The notes under the pieces: generated by a model
The model's database searches: none
What the model saw: the letters and a program-made list of their open reading frames with translations, nothing else
What the model was told of the DNA's origin: nothing
Shown here: positions 6,686-14,021 of the stretch, piece after piece
How the letters are laid out: every line of letters starts with the position of its first letter
Numbering within the stretch: position 1 is the first letter of the stretch
NCBI GenBank assembly: GCA_964435675.1
Contig: CAYTAW010000001.1
Coordinates: forward strand, 1 to 39,909
Source: an uncultured Bdellovibrionales bacterium
Lineage (GTDB): Bacteria > Bdellovibrionota_C > UBA2361 > CAYTAW01
Direction of reading: 5' to 3'
Length of the DNA: 39,909 bases
Translations under genes and position numbers: made by a program

Positions 6686-6916
6686 ATGCATGAAGAACAT
6701 TGGCTTATAGGCAAGGGAATTTCCAATCAATCGGCTCTCGCTGAAATTTTGGGAAAAGGCACTGTCACACCTAAAGTAAGAGTGCGCGCACATAGAATTT
6801 GGCATGGCGCGCGACCAGGCGATGAAGATCTTATTTTAATCAATGCTGCTACTAATGGAAAGGTGAGCCCCAATGATTTTATCCTTCCAGCAAAGCAGAA
6901 AAAGGCTCGCAAATGA
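6686..6916 (+). CDS. Cro-like small DNA-binding protein (YdaS/Cro type)
   Basis: ISNQSALAEILGKGTVT ... INAATNGKVSPNDF resembles Cro/YdaS HTH proteins. Its position is divergent from the repressor. Confidence 0.6.
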   Translation: MHEEHWLIGKGISNQSALAEILGKGTVTPKVRVRAHRIWHGARPGDEDLILINAATNGKVSPNDFILPAKQKKARK

Positions 6917-6940
6917 GCTTTCTTTTATCTGAATCAACCG

Positions 6941-6971
6941 ATCCCCGAAAGAATCCTCGGGGATTTTTTTT
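6941..6971 (+). terminator. Rho-independent terminator directly after the Cro-like gene (tR1 analogue)
   Basis: ATCCCCGA (6941-6948) pairs with TCGGGGAT (6957-6964), followed by 7 T. Confidence 0.75.
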
Positions 6972-7069
6972 GCTTAAATAAGTTAACAGATGCTTTCCCA
7001 TAGTTGTGGGTAAGTAGGTGTGATTTAACCAATTGTCAATACTTTAACCAACCAAAAGGAGCCTAAACA

Positions 7070-7381
7070 ATGAAAAAGATTAGAAACATCAAAGAATTGC
7101 AATACGTCACCATTAACGGCCACAACAGCGATGAGTTGCTAAAAAAGTACGTAATCAGCATCGCAAGCCTTGAGCGCAAAAAAGCCGAGATCGTTTCGCA
7201 AATCAAAGAAGAAAAAATGAGCGCGAAGGAAGATGGCCTGCTTGTTACCGCGATCGCAGGCGCCGTTAAAGACCTGATGAAAACGCAGGAACAGCGGGAC
7301 GCCCGGTCCAGCGTCGAAGTTGAGCGCGAGCGCATTTTCAATCTTTGCTGCGACCTGCCTTTATTCAAGGCAGCAGCATAA
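7070..7381 (+). CDS. GapR-like / DUF2312-family DNA-binding protein
   Basis: ELLKKYVISIASLERKKAEIVSQIKEEKMSAKEDGLLVTAIAGAVKDLMK matches the remembered DUF2312 pattern (L..fierierLeeEk..i..dikev..eak..Gfd.kair). RBS AAAAGGAG. Confidence 0.65.
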   Translation: MKKIRNIKELQYVTINGHNSDELLKKYVISIASLERKKAEIVSQIKEEKMSAKEDGLLVTAIAGAVKDLMKTQEQRDARSSVEVERERIFNLCCDLPLFKAAA

Positions 7382-7533
7382 CGGGTCGCATCCGCCACTT
7401 TTGCCAACAAAGAGCGGCGGGTTGTTACGGGGTTGCTGGACGCCCCGGCGAGAAAGTCCAGCATTAAACCGGCCATAGAGTCGGGGTTACTGCATAGCAA
7501 CGGGATTTAATTTTATTTTACAGGGAGATTACC

Positions 7534-7713
7534 ATGAAAGCATACGATTGGCTGCGCCTGCAAATCCGCAGGGAAACGCCGGTTAATCAACCGGAGCCGC
7601 GCTTAAATCAGGCGGAAATACTGATCTGCGAATATCTCGATCGCCTGAATGACCGGCTTAATAAAGCCGAGGCTAAAATCAACCAACTCGACACCGAAAG
7701 CCACAGTGAATGA
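7534..7713 (+). CDS. 59-aa hypothetical protein (below the ORF-track cutoff)
   Basis: ATG 7534 follows GGGAG. MKAYDWLRLQIRRET...INQLDTESHSE. Its stop forms an ATGA overlap with the RusA ORF start at 7710. Confidence 0.5.
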   Translation: MKAYDWLRLQIRRETPVNQPEPRLNQAEILICEYLDRLNDRLNKAEAKINQLDTESHSE

Positions 7714-8288
7714 ACGGGAAACCGCTTGATTGCGTGGCGACGCGCGGGCCGATTGGCAAGCATGACTTTCGGCTCTTCGACGACCTGCCCATCCAGCCCA
7801 TGCCGGTGCGGTCAGATAGGCCGGCGCCCATGGCCCTGCCGCCGCTGCGCATCGTAATTGATGGCGATCCGGTGGCAAAAGGGCGTCCCCGCGTGCGTAT
7901 AGCAAGAATGCGCGGCAAGAGCATTCCGATACTATACCCACCAAAAGAAACGCAGGACTATGAAGATCGCGTGCGGCGCCGCGCGCGTAAAGCCCTTGAT
8001 GAAATCGACGCTGCGCACGCTAAATTCTACCCGATAGACGAGCGCCCCATCGGCATGATCGTCCGGGTTTATGTACCGATACCGATAAGCTGGACAAAAA
8101 AAGACACGCTTCTCGCGCTCGCCGGTGAGCTATTTCCTTTAACCAAACCGGACGCCGACAATTACCTGAAAATGGCGTGCGATTCCCTTAACGGCATCGT
8201 TTACCGCGACGATTCGCTGGTCACGGATAAAAAAGTCACCAAGCGCTACAGCGAAAATCCACGCATGGAAATCGAGGTGTTTGTATGA
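7710..8288 (+). CDS. rusA: RusA-family Holliday junction resolvase (with an N-terminal extension; alternative start 7830)
   Basis: GDPVAKGRPR ... KPDADNYLKMACDSLNGIVYRDDSLV is the RusA signature. Confidence 0.85.
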   Translation: MNGKPLDCVATRGPIGKHDFRLFDDLPIQPMPVRSDRPAPMALPPLRIVIDGDPVAKGRPRVRIARMRGKSIPILYPPKETQDYEDRVRRRARKALDEIDAAHAKFYPIDERPIGMIVRVYVPIPISWTKKDTLLALAGELFPLTKPDADNYLKMACDSLNGIVYRDDSLVTDKKVTKRYSENPRMEIEVFV

Positions 8289-8455
8289 AATATCAGATCA
8301 AAAAATGCAAAGGCGGCTGGTTCTGGCGCATCGTCGCGCGCAACGGGAGAATATGGGCGCATAGCGAAACCTATACCCGCAAATCAGACGCCGTGAAAGC
8401 CGCTCGGCGGGTCAAGCAGCAATCGATGTACTGCCGGATGGAGATTGTTGCATGA
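8285..8455 (+). CDS. DUF1508 (YegP-like) single-domain protein, 56 aa (below the ORF-track cutoff)
   Basis: MKYQIKKCKGGWFWRIVARNGRIWAHSETYTRKSDAVKAARRVKQQ matches the YegP repeat pattern. ATGA overlaps on both sides. Confidence 0.65.
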   Translation: MKYQIKKCKGGWFWRIVARNGRIWAHSETYTRKSDAVKAARRVKQQSMYCRMEIVA

Positions 8456-8847
8456 TGACATCCACCGCGCTTGAAAACGCCCTTATCATCAAGGGCTATC
8501 TGATGGCTGGGAACGCTCCCACGCAGCTGCTCGCCGGCATGGAGGTCGTGATCCATGACCTACGCCTGCGCGGCCCCCGCGTGCGCGAAGAAATCAGCAA
8601 TGAGAAACCGACCATAAAGGCAATCGTCGCAGCCCCCGACCATATTCCGGCTGCGGAGAAAATGGTCGCCCCGCAGGTGCAAGATCAACCCGCAGGTGAT
8701 GCAGGCCCGGCGGAAAAGAAAGAGCGAAAAGGCTGGACGCCGGAAGCCCGCGCGCGCCAAGCCGAAATGATGCGCAAGCGTATGGCAGAGCGCAAAGGAA
8801 AGCCGCCGAGTGCCGAACAAAGCGAAAGCGACCCCGAGGGAAACTGA
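8452..8847 (+). CDS. Hypothetical early protein (131 aa) with a basic C-terminus
   Basis: ORF track. Translationally coupled to the upstream gene. Confidence 0.55.
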   Translation: MMTSTALENALIIKGYLMAGNAPTQLLAGMEVVIHDLRLRGPRVREEISNEKPTIKAIVAAPDHIPAAEKMVAPQVQDQPAGDAGPAEKKERKGWTPEARARQAEMMRKRMAERKGKPPSAEQSESDPEGN

Positions 8848-8912
8848 TAAGGCCTGGCAATAAGCGCCAGGCCACATGGAGAGACATATGGACCGAAGAA
8901 CAGAAAAAGGAA

Positions 8913-9140
8913 TTGATGAGGCTCGCGCCCACGATGGAAATGCGAAAGATCGCAAAGAAAATCCGCAAGCCAGTAGGCCGCTGCTATGCCATGCACAAAA
9001 TGCTCACGTCATACACCTCGATCGGCGAGACAAAGGTGGTAATCGACGAGCACGGCCGCAGGGTGACAATCTGCCCGCCTGCGTTCGCGCGGGGGATATG
9101 GCCGGGCAGGAGCGTAGCGTCGAATTCCTCGGCGCGCTGA
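8913..9140 (+). CDS. Possible small HTH/Myb-like protein; true start uncertain
   Basis: The frame is open from about 8841 and reads WTEEQKKELMRLAPTMEMRKIAKKIRKPVGRCYAMHKML. There is no ATG upstream of the W; the track starts at TTG 8913. Confidence 0.4.
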   Translation: MMRLAPTMEMRKIAKKIRKPVGRCYAMHKMLTSYTSIGETKVVIDEHGRRVTICPPAFARGIWPGRSVASNSSAR

Positions 9141-9228
9141 GCATGTATGTTTTTGATTACTGGCTGAGTTTTTATTTTCCCCGAAAACAGGCGCAAATCC
9201 TGCAATTCCCAGATAGGGCTTTACACAA

Positions 9229-10032
9229 ATGAAATGGTTCCGTCACGTTTCCGATGCCAGCAGCGATGAATTCATTGCGATTCTTGAGGCAAAGTTCGGC
9301 CTTGAGGGGTATGCGCGCTGGTGGAAAACGCTCGAGGCGATAGCTAAAACGATGGATCATACCGACCGTTGCCAGGCGGAATATCCGGTCGAAACCTGGA
9401 AGCAAATTTTGCGTATTCGGTACGACAAACAGCTTAAAGAATTCCTCCTTTTTTGCGTCGCCAAAAAGAAGCTCGCCTTCGGCTCGAGTGAAGCTCCCGG
9501 TCAGCTCCCCGCCACCTCGAGCGAAGTTCCCGCTTTCTTCGATGAATGCTCGAGGTCGGGAGTTATTTTCATAAAATGTACTAAGCTATTGGAATTGCGA
9601 GATGAGTACACCCGCAAGCTAGGCAGTTTGTCCGGATACACTCCGGATACGTGTCCGGATAATGTCGCACCAGAAGCAGAAGCAGATAAAGAAAGTAAGT
9701 ATACTACCCCCTTACCCCCTTCTGAACCTGTGGATAACTTTTCAGTCCCGAAACCGGATCGAATCCCAATTCCAAAACCGAAAAAGGAAAAAGAAATTGT
9801 AAAAAATGATTTTGATGCTGCTGCTGCTGCTTGCTGTGAACTTTTGGGCAAACGATTGCTCGGCCCTACCGACGCGGGGTTGCTGCATTCGTGGCTGAAA
9901 CATCGAAGTTTTAAGGGCGAAATCCTCCCGGTGCTCATCAGCAAAACCGAGAAATTTGCCCGCAAAAACTCAGGCAAACGCCCGGCCAGCCTAATGTATT
10001 TTGAAAACGCTATCATGGAGAACAGCGCATGA
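9229..10032 (+). CDS. Replication initiator (DUF4373-type N-terminal domain, DnaD-like C-terminal region)
   Basis: MKWFRHVSDASSDEFIAILEAKFGLEGYARWWKTLEAIA matches the remembered DUF4373 N-terminus. The central low-complexity linker contains iterons. Confidence 0.65.
   Translation: MKWFRHVSDASSDEFIAILEAKFGLEGYARWWKTLEAIAKTMDHTDRCQAEYPVETWKQILRIRYDKQLKEFLLFCVAKKKLAFGSSEAPGQLPATSSEVPAFFDECSRSGVIFIKCTKLLELRDEYTRKLGSLSGYTPDTCPDNVAPEAEADKESKYTTPLPPSEPVDNFSVPKPDRIPIPKPKKEKEIVKNDFDAAAAACCELLGKRLLGPTDAGLLHSWLKHRSFKGEILPVLISKTEKFARKNSGKRPASLMYFENAIMENSA
9631..9661. repeat. Three TCCGGATA iterons at 11-12 bp spacing, followed by an A-rich tract: candidate origin
   Basis: TCCGGATA at 9631, 9642 and 9654, then agaagcagaagcagataaagaaagtaagtatac. 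Confidence 0.45.
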
Positions 10033-10652
10033 TCGACGAAGAAATCGAGGAAATCCAGCAGATCGATCAAAGCGTCTGGCTGCCGAAGGGAATGCCGCTG
10101 ATCACCGCAGAACGCCGCGCAAAAGGCGACATGCGCACCGAAGGCGAGGACGGCGAGCGATCCCCGCAAAACCTGAGTGACATTCGCTTCGCGCAGGCAC
10201 TGGTTCGCAACATCATGGCTTACCTCTGGAACTCCGGCGCTATCGACGATCAGCACTACCACGACGGCAAAACCTTTCAGATCTGGCATGAGGTTTTTTC
10301 ATCGCAATTCGGCATCAAGAAAAACTCGATTTACAACTCGGAACTCAAGGGTGAGCTTAAAAAAGAAGGGCTAAACGAATATGGATTTATCCTGCTTTTG
10401 CAGCGCATCCATCGCAAGGATATCGCCATGATCCACCACGCCGTCGACACGATCCAGAGCGAGCACACCGTGTTCCTGGCAAGCAAAAACCGCATGGCGT
10501 ATCGGCGCGCATTCGACCGGTTGACCACGGTAATCCCGCAAATCCGCGATGAGCTCGAAAGCATCGCAAAGGCCAGGGAATCCGCCGATGAAAACCTCGA
10601 TGATATGTTTTTTCGGCTTCAACTCAAACTCGGGCAGAAAAAAAATGTTTGA
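10029..10652 (+). CDS. Hypothetical protein (207 aa): helicase-loader analogue or late-gene regulator candidate
   Basis: ATGA-coupled to the initiator gene. It is the last gene before the late promoter/terminator element. I recognise no family motif. Confidence 0.6.
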   Translation: MIDEEIEEIQQIDQSVWLPKGMPLITAERRAKGDMRTEGEDGERSPQNLSDIRFAQALVRNIMAYLWNSGAIDDQHYHDGKTFQIWHEVFSSQFGIKKNSIYNSELKGELKKEGLNEYGFILLLQRIHRKDIAMIHHAVDTIQSEHTVFLASKNRMAYRRAFDRLTTVIPQIRDELESIAKARESADENLDDMFFRLQLKLGQKKNV

Positions 10653-10677
10653 CGCCAGATCGAATTTTTGCGATATT
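10649..10677 (+). promoter_or_regulatory. Putative late promoter (PR' analogue) with an extended -10
   Basis: TTGACG (10649-10654), 17-nt spacer ending in TGc, GATATT (10672-10677). Confidence 0.5.
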
Positions 10678-10716
10678 GAAATCACCGTGCGCCACAAGTG
10701 CGCCCAAAATTTCCCT

Positions 10717-10746
10717 CCCGCCCAACCCCCTGTTGGCGGGTTTTTT
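10717..10746 (+). terminator. Strong rho-independent terminator between the late promoter and terS (tR' analogue)
   Basis: CCCGCC(C)AAC pairs with GTTGGCGGG (10732-10740), followed by TTTTTTATTTTT. Confidence 0.75.
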
Positions 10747-10784
10747 ATTTTTAAACAAATCGAAAACAATCAAAGGATATCAAA

Positions 10785-11105
10785 ATGGCACGCGGCGGAA
10801 GGCGCGCTGGCTCTGGTCGTAAGCAGGGAACCGCAAATAAAAAAACACGGGCTATCGCAGACAATGCGGCAGCAAAAGGCATTACCCCGCTTGAGTACAT
10901 GCTTGAAGTTCTTCGCGACCCAACGCAGCCGCCAGACAGGCGCGACGACATGGCAAAGGCAGCGGCCCCGTACATTCATAGCAAAATGCCCGTTGCGCTC
11001 GTTCCTGCCCAACCTCCCGGCGCCAGCACAAACGCTCCCGGCGACGATAAAGAAATCATCGACCTCTACCTGAGAGGCGTGCATGAGGATGCCGACGGAA
11101 ATTGA
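10785..11105 (+). CDS. terS: Terminase small subunit
   Basis: MARGGRRAGSGRKQG ... GITPLEYMLEVLRD ... RRDDMAKAAAPYIHSK is a pattern I recall for proteobacterial phage TerS. It sits immediately upstream of TerL. Confidence 0.7.
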   Translation: MARGGRRAGSGRKQGTANKKTRAIADNAAAKGITPLEYMLEVLRDPTQPPDRRDDMAKAAAPYIHSKMPVALVPAQPPGASTNAPGDDKEIIDLYLRGVHEDADGN

Positions 11106-12492
11106 GGTTCTTGACGCGATACTGCGAACTAGGCTCGCGGCATTCATTCGCAAATCATTCGGCACGGTTGACCCCGGCGCGAAATACCTACACAACTGGC
11201 ACATTGACCTGATTGCTGAATACCTCGAAGCCTGCAGCCGCCGCGAAATAAAGCGACTGATAATAAACATTCCGCCTCGCAGCATGAAATCAATCTGCGT
11301 AAGCGTCGCATGGCCGGCATGGCTGCTGGGGCATGAACCATCCCAGCGCATCATGGCCGCAAGCTACAGCGATGGGCTTTCCTCGAAACATTCAATCGAT
11401 TGCCGATTGATTATTCGCTCGCCTTGGTACCAGCGTATTTTTCCAAAAGTGCAGCTGACAGATGACCAGGACACAAAAAAGAAATTCGTAACCAGTGCGC
11501 GCGGACATCGCATCGCTACGTCGGTAGGCGGCACGGCAACGGGTGACGGCGGTAATTTCCTTATTGTCGATGACCCTCTAAATCCAGCGCAAGCCGCATC
11601 AGAAGTCGAAAGGAAAACTTCGAACGAATGGTTTGACCAGACATTTGTTAGCCGCCTGGATGACAAGAAAAACGGCGTTATTGTAGTCGTTATGCAGCGC
11701 CTGCATGAAAACGACCTTACCGGCCATTTGCTGAACAAGGGCGGATGGGAACATTTATGCCTTCCGGCGGTAGCAGAAACCAAAACAATTATCGATTTTG
11801 GCAGGGTCAAGATCACGAGAAACGAGGGCGACATACTCCACCCATCCCGTGAGGACGCTGAGGCGATAGCGCGGCAAAAGGTCGAGATCGGCAGCGTAGC
11901 GTTCGCCGGCCAGTACCAGCAACGCCCATCGCCGGCAGAGGGAAGCATTTTTCAGATTGGATGGTTTGAAAAGCGATACGAAAAAAGGCAGGACGTTTAT
12001 AAGCGTATCGTTCAAAGCTGGGATACCGCGATTAAAGACGGTCAGCTAAACGACCCTACCTGCGGCCTTGTTTTAGGCGAGCGCGATGATGGCGTGTGGG
12101 ATTTACTGCATGTTGCGGTAAGGCGCTTGCAATACCCGGATTTAAAAAGCCTCGTAGTAAGCACAGCGATAGACTGGGCCGCCGATGCGGTTTTAATTGA
12201 GGATAAAGGCAGCGGACAGCAGCTGCTGCAGGATCTAAGGCGAGATACGCAGCTTCCGGTAATAGCGATCATGCCGAAGGGTGATAAAATAACCCGTGCA
12301 AGCGCTATTTCGGCAATGGTTGAGGCGGGCCGAGTGCGTCTACCCGCATCGGCAACATGGCTTACGGACTTCATGCACGAAATATTGCATTTCCCGAACG
12401 GCGCGCACGATGACCAAGTGGATGCGCTTTCGCAGTTCCTAGACTGGCTAAAAGGCAATGTGGCCGCAAAATTACGAATCAGGAGATTATAA
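11083..12492 (+). CDS. terL: Terminase large subunit
   Basis: Walker-A-like PPRSMKS, then FLIVDDPLNP (Walker B), and a C-terminal nuclease region ending HDDQVDALSQ. Confidence 0.85.
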   Translation: MRMPTEIEVLDAILRTRLAAFIRKSFGTVDPGAKYLHNWHIDLIAEYLEACSRREIKRLIINIPPRSMKSICVSVAWPAWLLGHEPSQRIMAASYSDGLSSKHSIDCRLIIRSPWYQRIFPKVQLTDDQDTKKKFVTSARGHRIATSVGGTATGDGGNFLIVDDPLNPAQAASEVERKTSNEWFDQTFVSRLDDKKNGVIVVVMQRLHENDLTGHLLNKGGWEHLCLPAVAETKTIIDFGRVKITRNEGDILHPSREDAEAIARQKVEIGSVAFAGQYQQRPSPAEGSIFQIGWFEKRYEKRQDVYKRIVQSWDTAIKDGQLNDPTCGLVLGERDDGVWDLLHVAVRRLQYPDLKSLVVSTAIDWAADAVLIEDKGSGQQLLQDLRRDTQLPVIAIMPKGDKITRASAISAMVEAGRVRLPASATWLTDFMHEILHFPNGAHDDQVDALSQFLDWLKGNVAAKLRIRRL

Positions 12493-12496
12493 TCGC

Positions 12497-13798
12497 ATGA
12501 GATTTTGGCCTTTCGGCAACAAGCAGGCAGCAATGTCGCGCGCTGAAACCAAAAGCGCATCGTTTTTGTACGGCATGGGCGCGCTGCAGCAAATGCAGAC
12601 GAACTACCTTGCGCTGGCATCCGAAGGCTACGGACAAAACCCGGTGGTTCATGGATGCATTGAAAAGATCGTCACGCCGATTACGTCGGTCGAGTTGAAG
12701 GCATACAAAAAGGACAAAGACGGCAAGCTGGTCGAGGTCGAAAATCACCCCATGCTTGCCCTGTTACGTAAGCCAAACCCGGCAATGACCGGCGAAGATC
12801 TTATCGGAAATTTCTTCCGCTATTTTCTCATTTCCGGCAATGCCTACATGCTCGCGCCGACGATAGATGCAAAAGCCCCCACCAAGCCGCCGAAAGAGCT
12901 GTATTTGCTCAAACCTAATTGTGTAAAAGTGATTACCGGCGAAAAACCCATCCCGATTGCCTACGAATACAGCAACAAAAACGGCACTGCTATACGCTAT
13001 CCGGTTGAGCAAGTGGATGGTAAAAGCGCCATCATGCACAAAAAAACATTCAACCCTATCGACGAATTTACCGGACTTTCTCCCATGGTTTCCGCTGCCT
13101 TTGCCGTGGATATGATCAACGAGGGCAACCGCTGGAACCTGCGCCTGCTGCAAAACGAGGGCAGGCCATCGGGCGCGCTTACCGTAAAGGGCGCGGATGG
13201 ATCGCCGCAGACGCTGAGCGAAGAGCAATACCAGCGCATGAAAACGCAGATCGATCAGCAATTCACCGGCTCTGGCAACGCTGGTCGCCCGCTGCTGCTC
13301 GAGGGCGGGCTGGAATGGAAAGAAATGAGCATGTCGTCGAAGGACATGGATCATAAAGAAAACATCAATAATTCAAAGCGCGATATCGCCCTTGCTTACG
13401 GCGTGCCTCCGATGCTGCTGGGTATCCCCGGCGATGCCACTTACAGCAACATGGATGCCGCAAAGCTGGCGCTATGGACTGATACGATATTGCCGCTGCT
13501 CGGCTCATTCCTTGAGTCGCTCAATAACTGGCTGGCGCCGATATATGGCGATGGCGTAGAGCTCTGGTACGATGCCGACACCATTCCGGCGCTTGAGCCG
13601 CTTCGTAAGATGCTGGCAGACCGCATCGAGGCTTCCAATTCTATGAAAGTAAATGAGAAACGCAAAGCCATGGGGCTGGAAGATATCGAAGGCGGTGACG
13701 TGCTGCTGGTCGATTCAGGCAAGATACCGCTTGAAATGGCGGGGGACATGGGGTTAGCTGAGCCGGGCAGCCCCGCCGATCAGGGCAACGCAAATTAG
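12497..13798 (+). CDS. Portal protein (HK97 family)
   Basis: Start at ATG 12497, 11 nt after AGGAG and 5 nt after the TerL stop. Length and position match; NPVVHGCIEKIV ... HPMLALLRKPNP is typical. Confidence 0.85.
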   Translation: MRFWPFGNKQAAMSRAETKSASFLYGMGALQQMQTNYLALASEGYGQNPVVHGCIEKIVTPITSVELKAYKKDKDGKLVEVENHPMLALLRKPNPAMTGEDLIGNFFRYFLISGNAYMLAPTIDAKAPTKPPKELYLLKPNCVKVITGEKPIPIAYEYSNKNGTAIRYPVEQVDGKSAIMHKKTFNPIDEFTGLSPMVSAAFAVDMINEGNRWNLRLLQNEGRPSGALTVKGADGSPQTLSEEQYQRMKTQIDQQFTGSGNAGRPLLLEGGLEWKEMSMSSKDMDHKENINNSKRDIALAYGVPPMLLGIPGDATYSNMDAAKLALWTDTILPLLGSFLESLNNWLAPIYGDGVELWYDADTIPALEPLRKMLADRIEASNSMKVNEKRKAMGLEDIEGGDVLLVDSGKIPLEMAGDMGLAEPGSPADQGNAN

Positions 13799-13802
13799 TA
13801 CC

Positions 13803-14009
13803 ATGACCTCGATGACCGAAAACCCAAAAGTAATTGACCTAGTCGTCAACAAAAAGGTCGAGGATGCCGCGCCGATCGAGTTGGAAATTACCATGGGCGC
13901 GCAGGTCAAATACGCCGACAGCGAGGTCGTATTGGTCAGGACATACACCCAGATCAACGGCGAAATGCTCGACACCAATCACCTGATCGTCAAAACCCCG
14001 AAAGAGTAA
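13803..14009 (+). CDS. Small hypothetical head-module protein (68 aa)
   Basis: ORF track. Tightly packed between the portal and the Mu-F-like gene. Confidence 0.5.
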   Translation: MTSMTENPKVIDLVVNKKVEDAAPIELEITMGAQVKYADSEVVLVRTYTQINGEMLDTNHLIVKTPKE

Positions 14010-14021
14010 ACCTCCCTCCCC

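Noticed and set aside
7024-7051. 9-bp direct repeat TTTAACCAA (7024-7032 and 7043-7051) upstream of the GapR-like gene, considered as a regulatory site or promoter.
   Set aside because: It is short and A/T-rich, occurs only twice, and no convincing -10/-35 pair accompanies it. It could easily be chance.
7435-7462. Hairpin GCTGGAC-N14-GTCCAGC in the 7381-7533 intergenic region, considered as a terminator or nut-like site.
   Set aside because: No T-tract follows, so it is not an intrinsic terminator. I cannot support a nut/boxB assignment without a recognisable N-like protein.
7063-7500. 145-aa minus-strand ORF covering the GapR-like gene.
   Set aside because: It is antisense to an ORF with a strong RBS and a recognisable family pattern, and it has no start context.
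8876-9232. 118-aa ORF MERHMDRRTEKG...
   Set aside because: The translation is Arg/Gly/His-rich and unlike a protein. The overlapping frame (8913-9140) gives a plausible HTH-like sequence.
9501-10289. 262-aa minus-strand ORF.
   Set aside because: It is antisense to the replication initiator and the following coupled gene. It looks like a typical GC-frame shadow ORF.
10549-11354. ORFs 10549-11073 (+) and 10770-11354 (-) spanning the late control region and terS.
   Set aside because: They run through a promoter/terminator element and overlap the well-supported terS/terL frames, and their sequences are low-complexity.
12458-12496. Upstream extensions of track ORFs (portal from 12458; 18907 for the hydrolase; 28580 and 29523 for the fibres; 2561 for recT; 38109 and 37096 on the minus strand).
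   Set aside because: In each case an internal ATG sits just after the preceding gene's stop, with an RBS or ATGA overlap. The extension would overlap the upstream gene.
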